A stretch of DNA of 64,000 nt, from the NCBI GenBank assembly GCA_001795735.1, contig MGKQ01000020.1, positions 52,050 to 116,049 of the forward strand, read 5' to 3'. A model generated the notes under the pieces. The model was not told the origin of the DNA. It searched no databases and saw nothing but the letters and a program-made list of their open reading frames with translations. Below, piece after piece: positions 18,857-27,568 of the stretch (the first letter of the stretch is position 1; each line of letters begins with the position of its first letter). Both the position numbers and the translations under genes were made by a program. Origin of the DNA: Candidatus Yanofskybacteria bacterium RIFCSPLOWO2_02_FULL_41_13. GTDB taxonomy: Bacteria > Patescibacteriota > Minisyncoccia > 2-02-FULL-40-12 > GWA2-44-9.

Positions 18857-18910
18857 AACTTTTGCGTTCTAAAAATAAGAATTTGATTTTTACGCAAAAT
18901 ACAGTATAAT

Positions 18911-19663
18911 ATGCTAGTGAGAAAAATCATTATAAATATAGTCATATTTGTGGCCGTGCTCGTTGTGGGAGCATTTTTTGTTTTTTATAAAAATGAGCCA
19001 AATGTAATTAAGGAACCGATACCTTCTCCGCAGGTTTTTCAATCTGTCAGTCCTTCTGTTTCCCCATCCCCAATTCTAAATTCTAAATTTGAAATTCCAG
19101 ATTCGATCAATTTGGCCGTCCCATTTACCTCTCAGGCACCGACTAAGAATTGGGGTTTGCCGTTCGCTGAATTTTGCGAAGAGGCGTCGGCTCTTATGGC
19201 CGCCAGTTATATAAACGGCTGGTCTATACCGACTTCTGAATTTGCCGAGGGAAAAATGTTGGAGATAAAAGATTTTGAAGAAAAAAGATTCGGTTACTAT
19301 AAAGATACGACTGCCGAAGAAACGGCAATTATTTTAAGAGAATTTTATAAAATAGAAAAAGTTAAAGTGGTATATGATCCGACAGCTGAAGATATTAAAA
19401 AAGCTTTAGCCGACAAAAAAGTTATAGTTATTCCCGCCGCGGGTCGTCAGCTAGGCAATCCTTATTTCCAATCACCCGGCCCGATTTATCATATGTTAAT
19501 TATCAAGGGTTATACCAAAGAGGGGAATTTTATAACTAATGATCCCGGTACTCGCCGAGGCGCTGACTTTATTTATTCTCCCGGTGTTCTTATGAATGCC
19601 ATCCATGATTGGAATGGCGGAGATGTCGACAACGGCAAAAAGGTTATGATCGTTGTCGGGTAA
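18911..19663 (+). CDS. C39-like peptidase domain protein (paralogue-like of previous gene)
   Basis: signal anchor, Ser/Pro linker, FTSQAP...CEEASALMAASYING motif. Confidence 0.5.
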   Translation: MLVRKIIINIVIFVAVLVVGAFFVFYKNEPNVIKEPIPSPQVFQSVSPSVSPSPILNSKFEIPDSINLAVPFTSQAPTKNWGLPFAEFCEEASALMAASYINGWSIPTSEFAEGKMLEIKDFEEKRFGYYKDTTAEETAIILREFYKIEKVKVVYDPTAEDIKKALADKKVIVIPAAGRQLGNPYFQSPGPIYHMLIIKGYTKEGNFITNDPGTRRGADFIYSPGVLMNAIHDWNGGDVDNGKKVMIVVG

Positions 19664-19833
19664 TTAGCAAATTCTACTCTCTGTTCATCATGCTCCTCGT
19701 CTTCGTCTCCAGCTTTGGTATGATGGCATGATATTAACATCAAAATCACAGGTAACCCTCACTTAACTACAGCTTTCGAACCGATAAATGCTTGGATTAC
19801 TGCATTTTTTGAATACGACTGACATTTCATTTC

Positions 19834-20046
19834 ATGAAAGAGAAAGACAATTTTGATAGAGCTATTGTATTATCAGGAGATGGTGATTTCTTGCCTGTAT
19901 TAAAACACCTCACAGCGAATAGTAAAACCATAGTGATATTGGGAAGGGGTAAACGGACCGCTAAAGAGATTAAGCAATTTGCTGGCAGTAATTTCAGGGA
20001 TTTTGAGTATCTCGAGACAAAAATCTCTTATACAGAGTATAAATAA
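19834..20046 (+). pseudogene. NYN/LabA-like domain gene fragment (C-terminal part only)
   Basis: LSGDGDFLPVLKHL motif typical of the NYN domain C-terminal half. No room upstream for the N-terminal half. Confidence 0.45.
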
Positions 20047-20216
20047 CGAAAAGCACCCACGAAGGATGCTTTTCACGTTTAGTACCTCTAATATACACCC
20101 TGGCAGATTAAAAGTCAATGAGGGATATAAACGAGCTTTTCCAGATTCGCGGATGTTGCTTTAAAACAAATTACTCAGCTTCTGGAAATAATTAAATAAA
20201 TATAAAGGGTTGGCAT

Positions 20217-20480
20217 TTAGCCAACCCTCGCAGAAACTTCCGCCTCAAATTTTTTAATTGCTTCTGTTAAATCCTGAATCATCTGACGAGCTTCATCAGC
20301 TCCGCCAATAATCCACCTGTCGCAAGAATGGGGCAGAACGATTACTGGGAGACGCTCCTCGTAGTCTCCACGAGCATCTGCTGGAGCATAATCTAGTGGG
20401 CTCTCATCGGAATCAAGGTCATTTTCGCTACGAACACTTTCCTCGGTAATTACCTGAACATCGCCTTTCGTATAAGCCAA
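20217..20480 (-). CDS. hypothetical small acidic protein
   Basis: ORF with higher local GC and hairpin terminator at its 3' end. Confidence 0.3.
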   Translation of the reverse strand: MAYTKGDVQVITEESVRSENDLDSDESPLDYAPADARGDYEERLPVIVLPHSCDRWIIGGADEARQMIQDLTEAIKKFEAEVSARVG

Positions 20481-20642
20481 AACACACCTCCTTAAAACCC
20501 GAAATCCCCATCTGAATCAGACCATTTGATAAATCTGATTGAGGCTGGGCTGTAGGAACCACTGTACTGAATGATAATACTATATTTTATAAACTATGTC
20601 AATCTCTCCGTTTTGAGTTAGGTGTTTTGAAAATCTAAGCGA

Positions 20643-20764
20643 GGAGACTATACCCAGAGAGGAAATTCGCAGGCAAGCCGGCTTGGTTCTGCGGCTTGCC
20701 GAGTACTTAAGATTCGGTTTTCGCTGGAGAAACCGAATGTGGTCCGAGTCTGGGTATAATCTCC
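20643..20764. mobile_element. MITE-like element (same family as 13017..13232 and 46599..46758), TIRs GGAGACTATACCCAGA
   Basis: Terminal IRs plus internal hairpins. About 85% identical to the 46.6 kb copy in reverse orientation. Confidence 0.6.
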
Positions 20765-20770
20765 GAGCGA

Positions 20771-22126
20771 CTAAGCTTGATGAGGATCTAGCTCTCCATC
20801 AACTTGCGGAGCCGAAGGTAGTCTTTTGAGACGATAGGGAAGGAGGAGCATGAGAAAAATAAGTTCGATTAAGCTGGCCGTAGAAAAAGCAACGGGGATG
20901 GCTAAGATGTCGAGTGATGGAGCCAGAAGATAGCCTCCGCCGACGGCGATGCAAAGCCCAATGATACTTAATACGACCGGAACGGTCGTATTTTTTGTTG
21001 CATAAAAAGCCCTGGCAAGAAGGTGTCTGAGAGATTCAGTTGGCATGGCCAAGGTAAAAACCCCAAGCATTGTCGCTGTTCTTTGTATGGCTTCCTCAGT
21101 AAAATTCCCTCCGCCCAGAACTATTCTGATAAGAGGTTCACGGATGAGAAAAGTAACAAGAGCGGCAAGAACACTTCCGCCCAGTATCAGCCAGAAAGAA
21201 TTTTTTAAAGTTTTTTTGAATTCTTCCTGTGAATGATCAGAAATAGCCTTAGCCATAACCGGAAAGGCGGTGGTTGAAAATGTTATTCCTATTAAGCTTA
21301 CAGGCACACTCTGAAAATTACGGGCAAAACTCATTATTGCCACCGAACCGACGGAAAGCCCCGAGGCAATAACTGTGAAACCCCAGAACATAGCCAACTC
21401 TACCGGATGGCCGAACATTTTAGGGATCATTAGCTGAATTGTTTTTTTGAATTCCGGTGTTTTGAATTGGAAGTTCAGTTTAAATCTGAAACCCGATAAG
21501 ACAGCATCAATACACCTCATTAACATATGAAGAAAGGCGCCGACGACAGTTCCGATAGCTATTCCGATCACACCGAAGTTAGGCGACAGGAATATCACTC
21601 CGCCGATGATCCCGAGGTTATACATAATAGGCGAGAGGCCATAGAATAAAAATCTTTTCTTGGCTACGAGCATTGCTCCAAAAGTATTTGAGATTCCGAA
21701 TAGGATAGGCGAGATAGCAAGTATTCTTAATATTTTTGCAACTAAAGCCAGATCTTCTTTAATGAAGCCGGGAGCGGCAAGAAAAGCGATAGAATCGGCG
21801 AATAAAAAAATAACTACTGCTGAGAAAAGCATCAGGCCGGTTGCTCCGCTAATAACCGAGCTGGTATATTCGTAAGCTTTTTGTCTGTTGGAATGAAAAA
21901 TCTCCAGAAATATCGGGACAAAGGCGGCGGCAATACCAGAAGCAATCAAAATATTAAAAAGAAGATCCGGGATTAAAAAAGCCGCGTTATAGGCATCAAG
22001 GGCCCGGGAAGCGCCGAATGTCTGGGCAAATGTTCGGTCGCGCAAAAGACCCAGGGCATACGAAGCAAGAGTAGTTAATCCGAGAGTAATACTTCCGGCG
22101 GGGATTAGTTTGCTTATTTTAAGCAT
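20771..22126 (-). CDS. murJ: lipid II flippase MurJ (MviN)
   Basis: N-terminal LRDR..A..FG motif region, 12-14 TM polytopic. Confidence 0.85.
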   Translation of the reverse strand: MLKISKLIPAGSITLGLTTLASYALGLLRDRTFAQTFGASRALDAYNAAFLIPDLLFNILIASGIAAAFVPIFLEIFHSNRQKAYEYTSSVISGATGLMLFSAVVIFLFADSIAFLAAPGFIKEDLALVAKILRILAISPILFGISNTFGAMLVAKKRFLFYGLSPIMYNLGIIGGVIFLSPNFGVIGIAIGTVVGAFLHMLMRCIDAVLSGFRFKLNFQFKTPEFKKTIQLMIPKMFGHPVELAMFWGFTVIASGLSVGSVAIMSFARNFQSVPVSLIGITFSTTAFPVMAKAISDHSQEEFKKTLKNSFWLILGGSVLAALVTFLIREPLIRIVLGGGNFTEEAIQRTATMLGVFTLAMPTESLRHLLARAFYATKNTTVPVVLSIIGLCIAVGGGYLLAPSLDILAIPVAFSTASLIELIFLMLLLPYRLKRLPSAPQVDGELDPHQA

Positions 22127-22209
22127 GGTAGTATTCTACCACTACTTCAATTTATGTAATAATATGGTCAGAATAACGTCTTCATATATGATAAACAAGC
22201 CTGATATTA

Positions 22210-22335
22210 TGGATCCCGTACAAAGTCACCCTAACGGGTTTCCCATTCTAATTTATAAGCAAATTCATAGCTGGTTATATATCTATCCAACATTTGTTGG
22301 TAGTATGTTATACATATGACTTTGTACGGGATGGA
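22210..22335. repeat. inverted 16-nt boxes ATCCCGTACAAAGTCA ... TGACTTTGTACGGGAT flanking ~95 nt, right box overlaps sigma-factor start
   Basis: seen directly; same box pair at ~45296-45370 and ~56674-56798. Confidence 0.55.
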
Positions 22336-22816
22336 GCAATTTACGAAAGCCTATGATGATCTATCAGATGCGATTTTCAGGCATTGCTGGTTTAGAATTG
22401 GAGATAGGGAGCGGGCCAAAGACCTTATGCAGGATACGTTCATAAAATCATGGCAATATATAAAAGAAGGAACGGAGGTTAATAATCTGAAAGCATTTTT
22501 ATATCGGGTTGCCAATAATCTGATAATTGATGAATACAGGAAGAAGAAAGAAGTATCATTGGATAATCTGATGGCTGAAGGATTTGAGCCGGGGTTAGAT
22601 GAAAGGAGTAAAAATGAAGCCGGTATTGATGCCAAATTAGCCATGAGCGTCATCAATAAATTAGACGACAAATACCGTAAACCGATTTTGATGAGGTACA
22701 TCGATGAATTATCGCCTAGAGAAATAGCAAGTATTCTTGGTGAAAGCGAGAATAATATTTCAGTAAAAATACACAGGGGACTCAAGCAACTCAAGGAGTT
22801 GCTAAATAACAAATAA
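22316..22816 (+). CDS. RNA polymerase sigma factor, sigma-70 family (ECF-like)
   Basis: region 2 (DLMQDTFIKSW) and region 4 HTH (LSPREIASILGESENNISVKIHRGLKQLKELL). Confidence 0.8.
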   Translation: MTLYGMEQFTKAYDDLSDAIFRHCWFRIGDRERAKDLMQDTFIKSWQYIKEGTEVNNLKAFLYRVANNLIIDEYRKKKEVSLDNLMAEGFEPGLDERSKNEAGIDAKLAMSVINKLDDKYRKPILMRYIDELSPREIASILGESENNISVKIHRGLKQLKELLNNK

Positions 22817-22826
22817 CAAATTACAA

Positions 22827-23660
22827 ATGACAAATAAGATAGAACAATTCATTAAATCGGCCAAACAATTTAAGCTTTTGAATAGAGAAAGAGCCGATAT
22901 TAAAGATCAGGTTTTTAATTTTATAAAAAATAATCCTGTAAGAAGTGAAGTTAAACCTCATCTTAACTACGGGTCGAATGTGTTTTTTATCCCGATTTTG
23001 TCCAAGTATATGACTTGGCTATCCCGATCAATAGATCGCGGATTCGCGATACTGAAAGTATCGGAACAAAATCGAGGATCCTCGATTGGCTTGAAACCAA
23101 TCGGGACAAAATTTAGTTTCTCATCTGTTATGGCAGTACTACTAATTATTTCAGTCTTGGTCGGTGGCGGGGTGGCTGTCGGTGCCGAAAGGGCATTGCC
23201 GGGCGACATTCTTTATCCGATTAAGGTTGATGTCACTGAAGAAGTAAGGGGCTGGATGTCAGTTTCTGAAGAGGCGAAAGCCGATTGGGAATTGAGACGT
23301 GTTCAAAGAAGGCTTGAAGAGGCTGAAGAAATGGCCTCCGAAGGTTCTCTTGATGCTGATGCTGGGGCAAGAATAGAAGCGAACTTCGACGATCATGCCC
23401 AGAGAGTAATGGCTCGTGTGGAAAAATTCAAAAATAAGGAGAATTTTAACGCAGCCGCAAGCGTAAGCCTGAACTTCGAAACAGCACTTAAGGCTCATGA
23501 GAAAATACTATCAAGATTGGCTGAAACTAGAGGTGATGTTGAAGTCCAGGTTAAGCCTATACGGGCAAGGATAAAATCTGAAGTTCGCAGGTCGGTCGAA
23601 GAACGGAGACAGCTTAAACTAAAGATTGAAAGTGGGGACAACTTATCGGATATTAAATAA
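22827..23660 (+). CDS. membrane protein with extracytoplasmic DUF5667-like domain, putative anti-sigma factor
   Basis: Immediately downstream of the sigma gene. Single TM then LPGDILYPIKV motif. Contains an in-frame palindromic repeat insertion at ~22983-23108. Confidence 0.45.
   Translation: MTNKIEQFIKSAKQFKLLNRERADIKDQVFNFIKNNPVRSEVKPHLNYGSNVFFIPILSKYMTWLSRSIDRGFAILKVSEQNRGSSIGLKPIGTKFSFSSVMAVLLIISVLVGGGVAVGAERALPGDILYPIKVDVTEEVRGWMSVSEEAKADWELRRVQRRLEEAEEMASEGSLDADAGARIEANFDDHAQRVMARVEKFKNKENFNAAASVSLNFETALKAHEKILSRLAETRGDVEVQVKPIRARIKSEVRRSVEERRQLKLKIESGDNLSDIK
22983..23108. repeat. ~125-nt palindromic element containing a perfect 16-bp palindrome ATCGAGGATCCTCGAT, inserted in-frame in CDS 22827..23660
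   Basis: shares ends CCCGATTTTGT ... AATCGGGACAA and core ACAAAATCGAGGATCCTCGATT with 53767..53872. Confidence 0.5.
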
Positions 23661-23730
23661 TTAAGGATACCTTCCTTCGTGGGCATTTTGATTGTTGGAT
23701 AAACAACGCTTACCTGATATAATTGATATC

Positions 23731-25230
23731 ATGACTGGTAAACCCGATGACAAACTAAAAATACTTTTTGTCGCTTCAGAAGCGGCTCCTTTCGTAAAAG
23801 TCGGTGGTTTGGGCGAAGTAATGAACTCTTTACCGAGGGCATTGCGTAAGATTGGCCATGATGCCAGAGTCCTTGTTCCTAAATATGCTACCATTGATGT
23901 CGAAAGATATCCCCTAGAGACGGAGTTAAACAATATAAGGGTGGAAAGCGGAGATAAAGATCCTTTCGGAATCTTAGTCTCAAATGTCCTCAGATATAAG
24001 AGTGCTGACGGTGGCGTTAACTATTTTTTGGAGAATATGGAATATTATGAGAAGAGGGCTAATGTCTATGGATATTCCGATGATACGGTAAGGTGGGTTC
24101 TTCTTTCTAAAGCTTCTCTCGAATTTGTTAAAAAGTCATCTTGGAAGCCGGATGTCATAGTTGCCTCTGATTGGCAAACCGGTTTTATTCCCAATCTGGT
24201 TCATACCGATTATAAAGACGACCCTATTTTATCCAAGATTCCGGTTGTTTTCTCTATTCACAATCTTAAATACCAGGGCATGTTCGATCCGCGCTTTGTC
24301 TCTGAGATGGATCATGATTCCGGTCAGGCTCCTATCTCCGATTTTTTTGATCCAAGAACTTTGAAGCTTAGCGGCATGAGGAGGGGGATAATGTATGCCG
24401 ATGTGATTAATACTGTTTCTCCGACCTATGCCCGGGAGATATTAACTGAAGAATTCGGTGAAGGTCTGAATGCTCTGCTTAGTGAACGCAAAAGCCGTCT
24501 TTTCGGTATTCTTAATGGTATAAATACTGAATCGTTGAATCCTGAGACCGATAAGGACTTGGTAGCTAACTATTCAATAAAGTCTCTTAATAAAAAGCTT
24601 GAAAATCAGAAAGCTTTACAAAAACAATTTGGATTGCCAGCTACCGAGGGAGATATTTTTGTCGTTGGTATGGTTGGTCGGATGGATGGCCAGAAAGGAT
24701 TTGATATTGTAACTCAGATGCTGGGCCCATTAATGGATAATATAAACTTTCAGTTTGTTATTGTCGGTGAAGGGGATGCGGGATACAGAATGTACTTTGA
24801 ACAATTGAAAGAAAAATATCCGAACAGGGTTGGAACCCATTTTGCTTTTGATGCTCGTTTGCCCAGAATGATATTCGGTGGAGCGGACGCGGTTTTAATA
24901 CCGTCAAAATATGAGCCGTCAGGATTAGTACAGATGGAGGCAATGCGCTATGGCTGTGTTCCGATTGTCCGCAAAGTAGGCGGACTTGCCGATTCAGTCG
25001 AAGATTTTACTCCGGAAAAAGAGGAGGGGACTGGTTTTGTTTTTGAAAAATACGATCCGTTTTCCCTCACTATCGCCGTTATTAGGGCTAGTGAGCTCTA
25101 TCGCCAGAAAAAAGAATGGGAAAAGCTCATGAAGCGGGCAATGGCCAAAGATTTTTCATGGGAAAAGTCAGCTAGAGAGTATATTAAATTATTTGAGATG
25201 GCTCTGAGGTTTCATAGGGAATCTCAATAA
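23731..25230 (+). CDS. glgA: glycogen synthase (ADP-glucose type, GT5)
   Basis: KVGGLGEV motif near the N-terminus, C-terminal GT-B domain; start at ATG 23731. Confidence 0.85.
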   Translation: MTGKPDDKLKILFVASEAAPFVKVGGLGEVMNSLPRALRKIGHDARVLVPKYATIDVERYPLETELNNIRVESGDKDPFGILVSNVLRYKSADGGVNYFLENMEYYEKRANVYGYSDDTVRWVLLSKASLEFVKKSSWKPDVIVASDWQTGFIPNLVHTDYKDDPILSKIPVVFSIHNLKYQGMFDPRFVSEMDHDSGQAPISDFFDPRTLKLSGMRRGIMYADVINTVSPTYAREILTEEFGEGLNALLSERKSRLFGILNGINTESLNPETDKDLVANYSIKSLNKKLENQKALQKQFGLPATEGDIFVVGMVGRMDGQKGFDIVTQMLGPLMDNINFQFVIVGEGDAGYRMYFEQLKEKYPNRVGTHFAFDARLPRMIFGGADAVLIPSKYEPSGLVQMEAMRYGCVPIVRKVGGLADSVEDFTPEKEEGTGFVFEKYDPFSLTIAVIRASELYRQKKEWEKLMKRAMAKDFSWEKSAREYIKLFEMALRFHRESQ

Positions 25231-25314
25231 TTTTCAATTTTCAATCAATGTTTTAGAGACTTAATTTTAAAAATTCATTGAAAATTTTAAATTTTAAATT
25301 GTTAAATTCCTCAT

Positions 25315-26670
25315 TTGTATTGGGCTAATTTCCTCCATATTTATCAGCCTCCGACCCAAAAGGAGATTTGGGTTAGACGAATAACAAAAGAATCATACCG
25401 GAAAATTTTTTCCGGCTTTTTAAATATTTCTCAATGCCGACTGACGCTCAATATAAATAGCGTTCTGTGCGAGCTTCTTGAAAAATGGGGAGGCGAAGAT
25501 GTGATTAAAGATATTCGGGAACTGCTTAAGCAGGGGAAGCTTGAGCTTACGGGTAGTGCAAAATATCATGCATTTCTTCCTTTCATGCCCGAAGAAGAGA
25601 TAAAGCGTCAGATAAAACTTGATGAGGAGGGTTTAGATAAATACTTTGGAAAATATTGGAATAAAAAAGGTTTTTTCAGCCCTGAAATGGCTTATTCCGA
25701 TAAAGTTGCTAAAGTCGCAAAAGAACTTGGCTATGAATGGATTCTTGTCGATGAAATGGGTTTTCCTCCAGACCGTAAATACAGGCAGGATATGATTTAT
25801 CAGATACCAAGCGCAGGTAATATAGACGTGTTTTTTCGGGAGCGAAGTCTTTCATTCATTGTGCTTTCAGCTCAGATAGGAACGATGCCGGCTATTGTTC
25901 GTTACCTGGGAGATCGGCTTAATAAAAACGAATATGCTGTTACGGCTATGGATGGAGAAACCTTCGGCCATCACAGGCCGGGCATGGAGCAATTTTTATT
26001 CGATCTTTTATCTGATGAGAAAATAAAAACAGTTGCGATTAGCGATCTGGCCGAGTTATTTAAGAACAGAGAAGATATTCAACCCCGGCCGTCCACCTGG
26101 GCGGTTACGGAAGATGATATGAAGCGCAATGAGCCTTATGCCCGTTGGAATCGCAAGGATAATGAAATACAGAGATATCAGTGGGAGTTAACGGATTTGG
26201 CGGTAAACGTAGCTGAGAGAACTCCCGATAATGAAGTTTTGCGCTCGGCTCTTGATAGGGCTATTCATTCCGATCAGTACTGGTGGGCATCGGCCAGGCC
26301 GTGGTGGAGTCTGGAGATGATAGAGCGCGGCGCCTATGAGCTTAGGCAGATAATTCTGAGCTCTCCAAAATCAACGGATGAAGAAAAAACAAGGGCGGGT
26401 GAATATTACAAAAATATTTTGTATAAAGGTTTTGATTGGCAGCGAGAGGGTAAGGTTGATGAAATTGCCCGACAGGAAGACGAAGATGTTCTGGGCAGGT
26501 TGCATGGAAAGGGTAAATTATTTATTACCAAAGCCGAGTATGGCCAGATGGTAGAAACATTAAAAGAGCAAGTTCAGTCCGCATCAAAAGATGGAGATTA
26601 TCATAGGGCGGCAATGCTGAAGGATAGGATACAAGAGCTAACTGAAGAGATGGACGAGACTAGTCTCTAG
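25315..26670 (+). CDS. glycoside hydrolase family 57 protein (alpha-amylase/branching-enzyme-like)
   Basis: N-terminal LHIYQP motif (GH57 HQP signature), catalytic Glu/Asp region; TTG start in track. Confidence 0.65.
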   Translation: MYWANFLHIYQPPTQKEIWVRRITKESYRKIFSGFLNISQCRLTLNINSVLCELLEKWGGEDVIKDIRELLKQGKLELTGSAKYHAFLPFMPEEEIKRQIKLDEEGLDKYFGKYWNKKGFFSPEMAYSDKVAKVAKELGYEWILVDEMGFPPDRKYRQDMIYQIPSAGNIDVFFRERSLSFIVLSAQIGTMPAIVRYLGDRLNKNEYAVTAMDGETFGHHRPGMEQFLFDLLSDEKIKTVAISDLAELFKNREDIQPRPSTWAVTEDDMKRNEPYARWNRKDNEIQRYQWELTDLAVNVAERTPDNEVLRSALDRAIHSDQYWWASARPWWSLEMIERGAYELRQIILSSPKSTDEEKTRAGEYYKNILYKGFDWQREGKVDEIARQEDEDVLGRLHGKGKLFITKAEYGQMVETLKEQVQSASKDGDYHRAAMLKDRIQELTEEMDETSL

Positions 26671-26692
26671 CTCCTAATTAAAAAATTCCCCA

Positions 26693-27460
26693 TTAGGGAA
26701 TTTTTTTCTTTTCTATTAATTCAAACACAGTTCCTGGGCTATCAGTAAATATGCCGTCAACACCTAGGTCAACGAAATAGTTCATATCTTCGGGGTCATT
26801 GAAAATTCCGGCCCAGATTTTGGTACCTCTTCTTTGAATTTCTGATATCTGTTTTTTAAAATTAAGAGTTCTTACCTTTGCTTTAAACAACGACTTTGTT
26901 ATCAGTCTTACAGGAAGCGGTTCCAGAAGCCAGCCGATAGACATGGCATCCGGATTATATTTATCGGCTACCTCCAACAGATTCCATGAAGTCGTGGTTA
27001 TTATCTGAATTTTAGTCTTGGGATATATTTTTTTTGCCAGCAACAGGAGTCCGGCGTGGGATTCTATGGTTATCCAGCGTGCTTTTTTTTCGAAAGCGGT
27101 AAAATATATCCTATTTTGCAAACCCTTATCAAGAACCATCTCAACAGCTTTTTTAACAAGTTCTTCAGAGTTTTGTTTTATGTCTAAACAGCAAAAAGTG
27201 TCGGAGAATGATTTAAGAAGGCTAAGAAAATCATTAAGTTGCATAACTTTAAAAACAGATTTATCAATATCCCGCCATTTCATATCTGCTAAGTTCGGCT
27301 TAGTGCTGTCGGGATGATAAATTATGATCCTTTTATCCGCGGTAAATGAGATATCCGTCTCAATGCCGGTTACTCCAAGGTTGTATGCCGATATGAAGCT
27401 TCTTAGGCTATTGCCTAGTTCATGAGGTGAGGTTCTGCCCCTATGGGATATGACTTCCAT
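26693..27460 (-). CDS. glycerophosphodiester phosphodiesterase family protein
   Basis: HRG...E.D...T.D...I.HD motif pattern at the N-terminus. Confidence 0.7.
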   Translation of the reverse strand: MEVISHRGRTSPHELGNSLRSFISAYNLGVTGIETDISFTADKRIIIYHPDSTKPNLADMKWRDIDKSVFKVMQLNDFLSLLKSFSDTFCCLDIKQNSEELVKKAVEMVLDKGLQNRIYFTAFEKKARWITIESHAGLLLLAKKIYPKTKIQIITTTSWNLLEVADKYNPDAMSIGWLLEPLPVRLITKSLFKAKVRTLNFKKQISEIQRRGTKIWAGIFNDPEDMNYFVDLGVDGIFTDSPGTVFELIEKKKIP

Positions 27461-27568
27461 GGCCGCTCGTTATAAAGGAACTTTTATTATGGTATAATTG
27501 TTTTTGATGAATAAATCAACTTTTTAAAAACTCTGCTTATAAAATACTTTATGCTATAATTAAGCATT

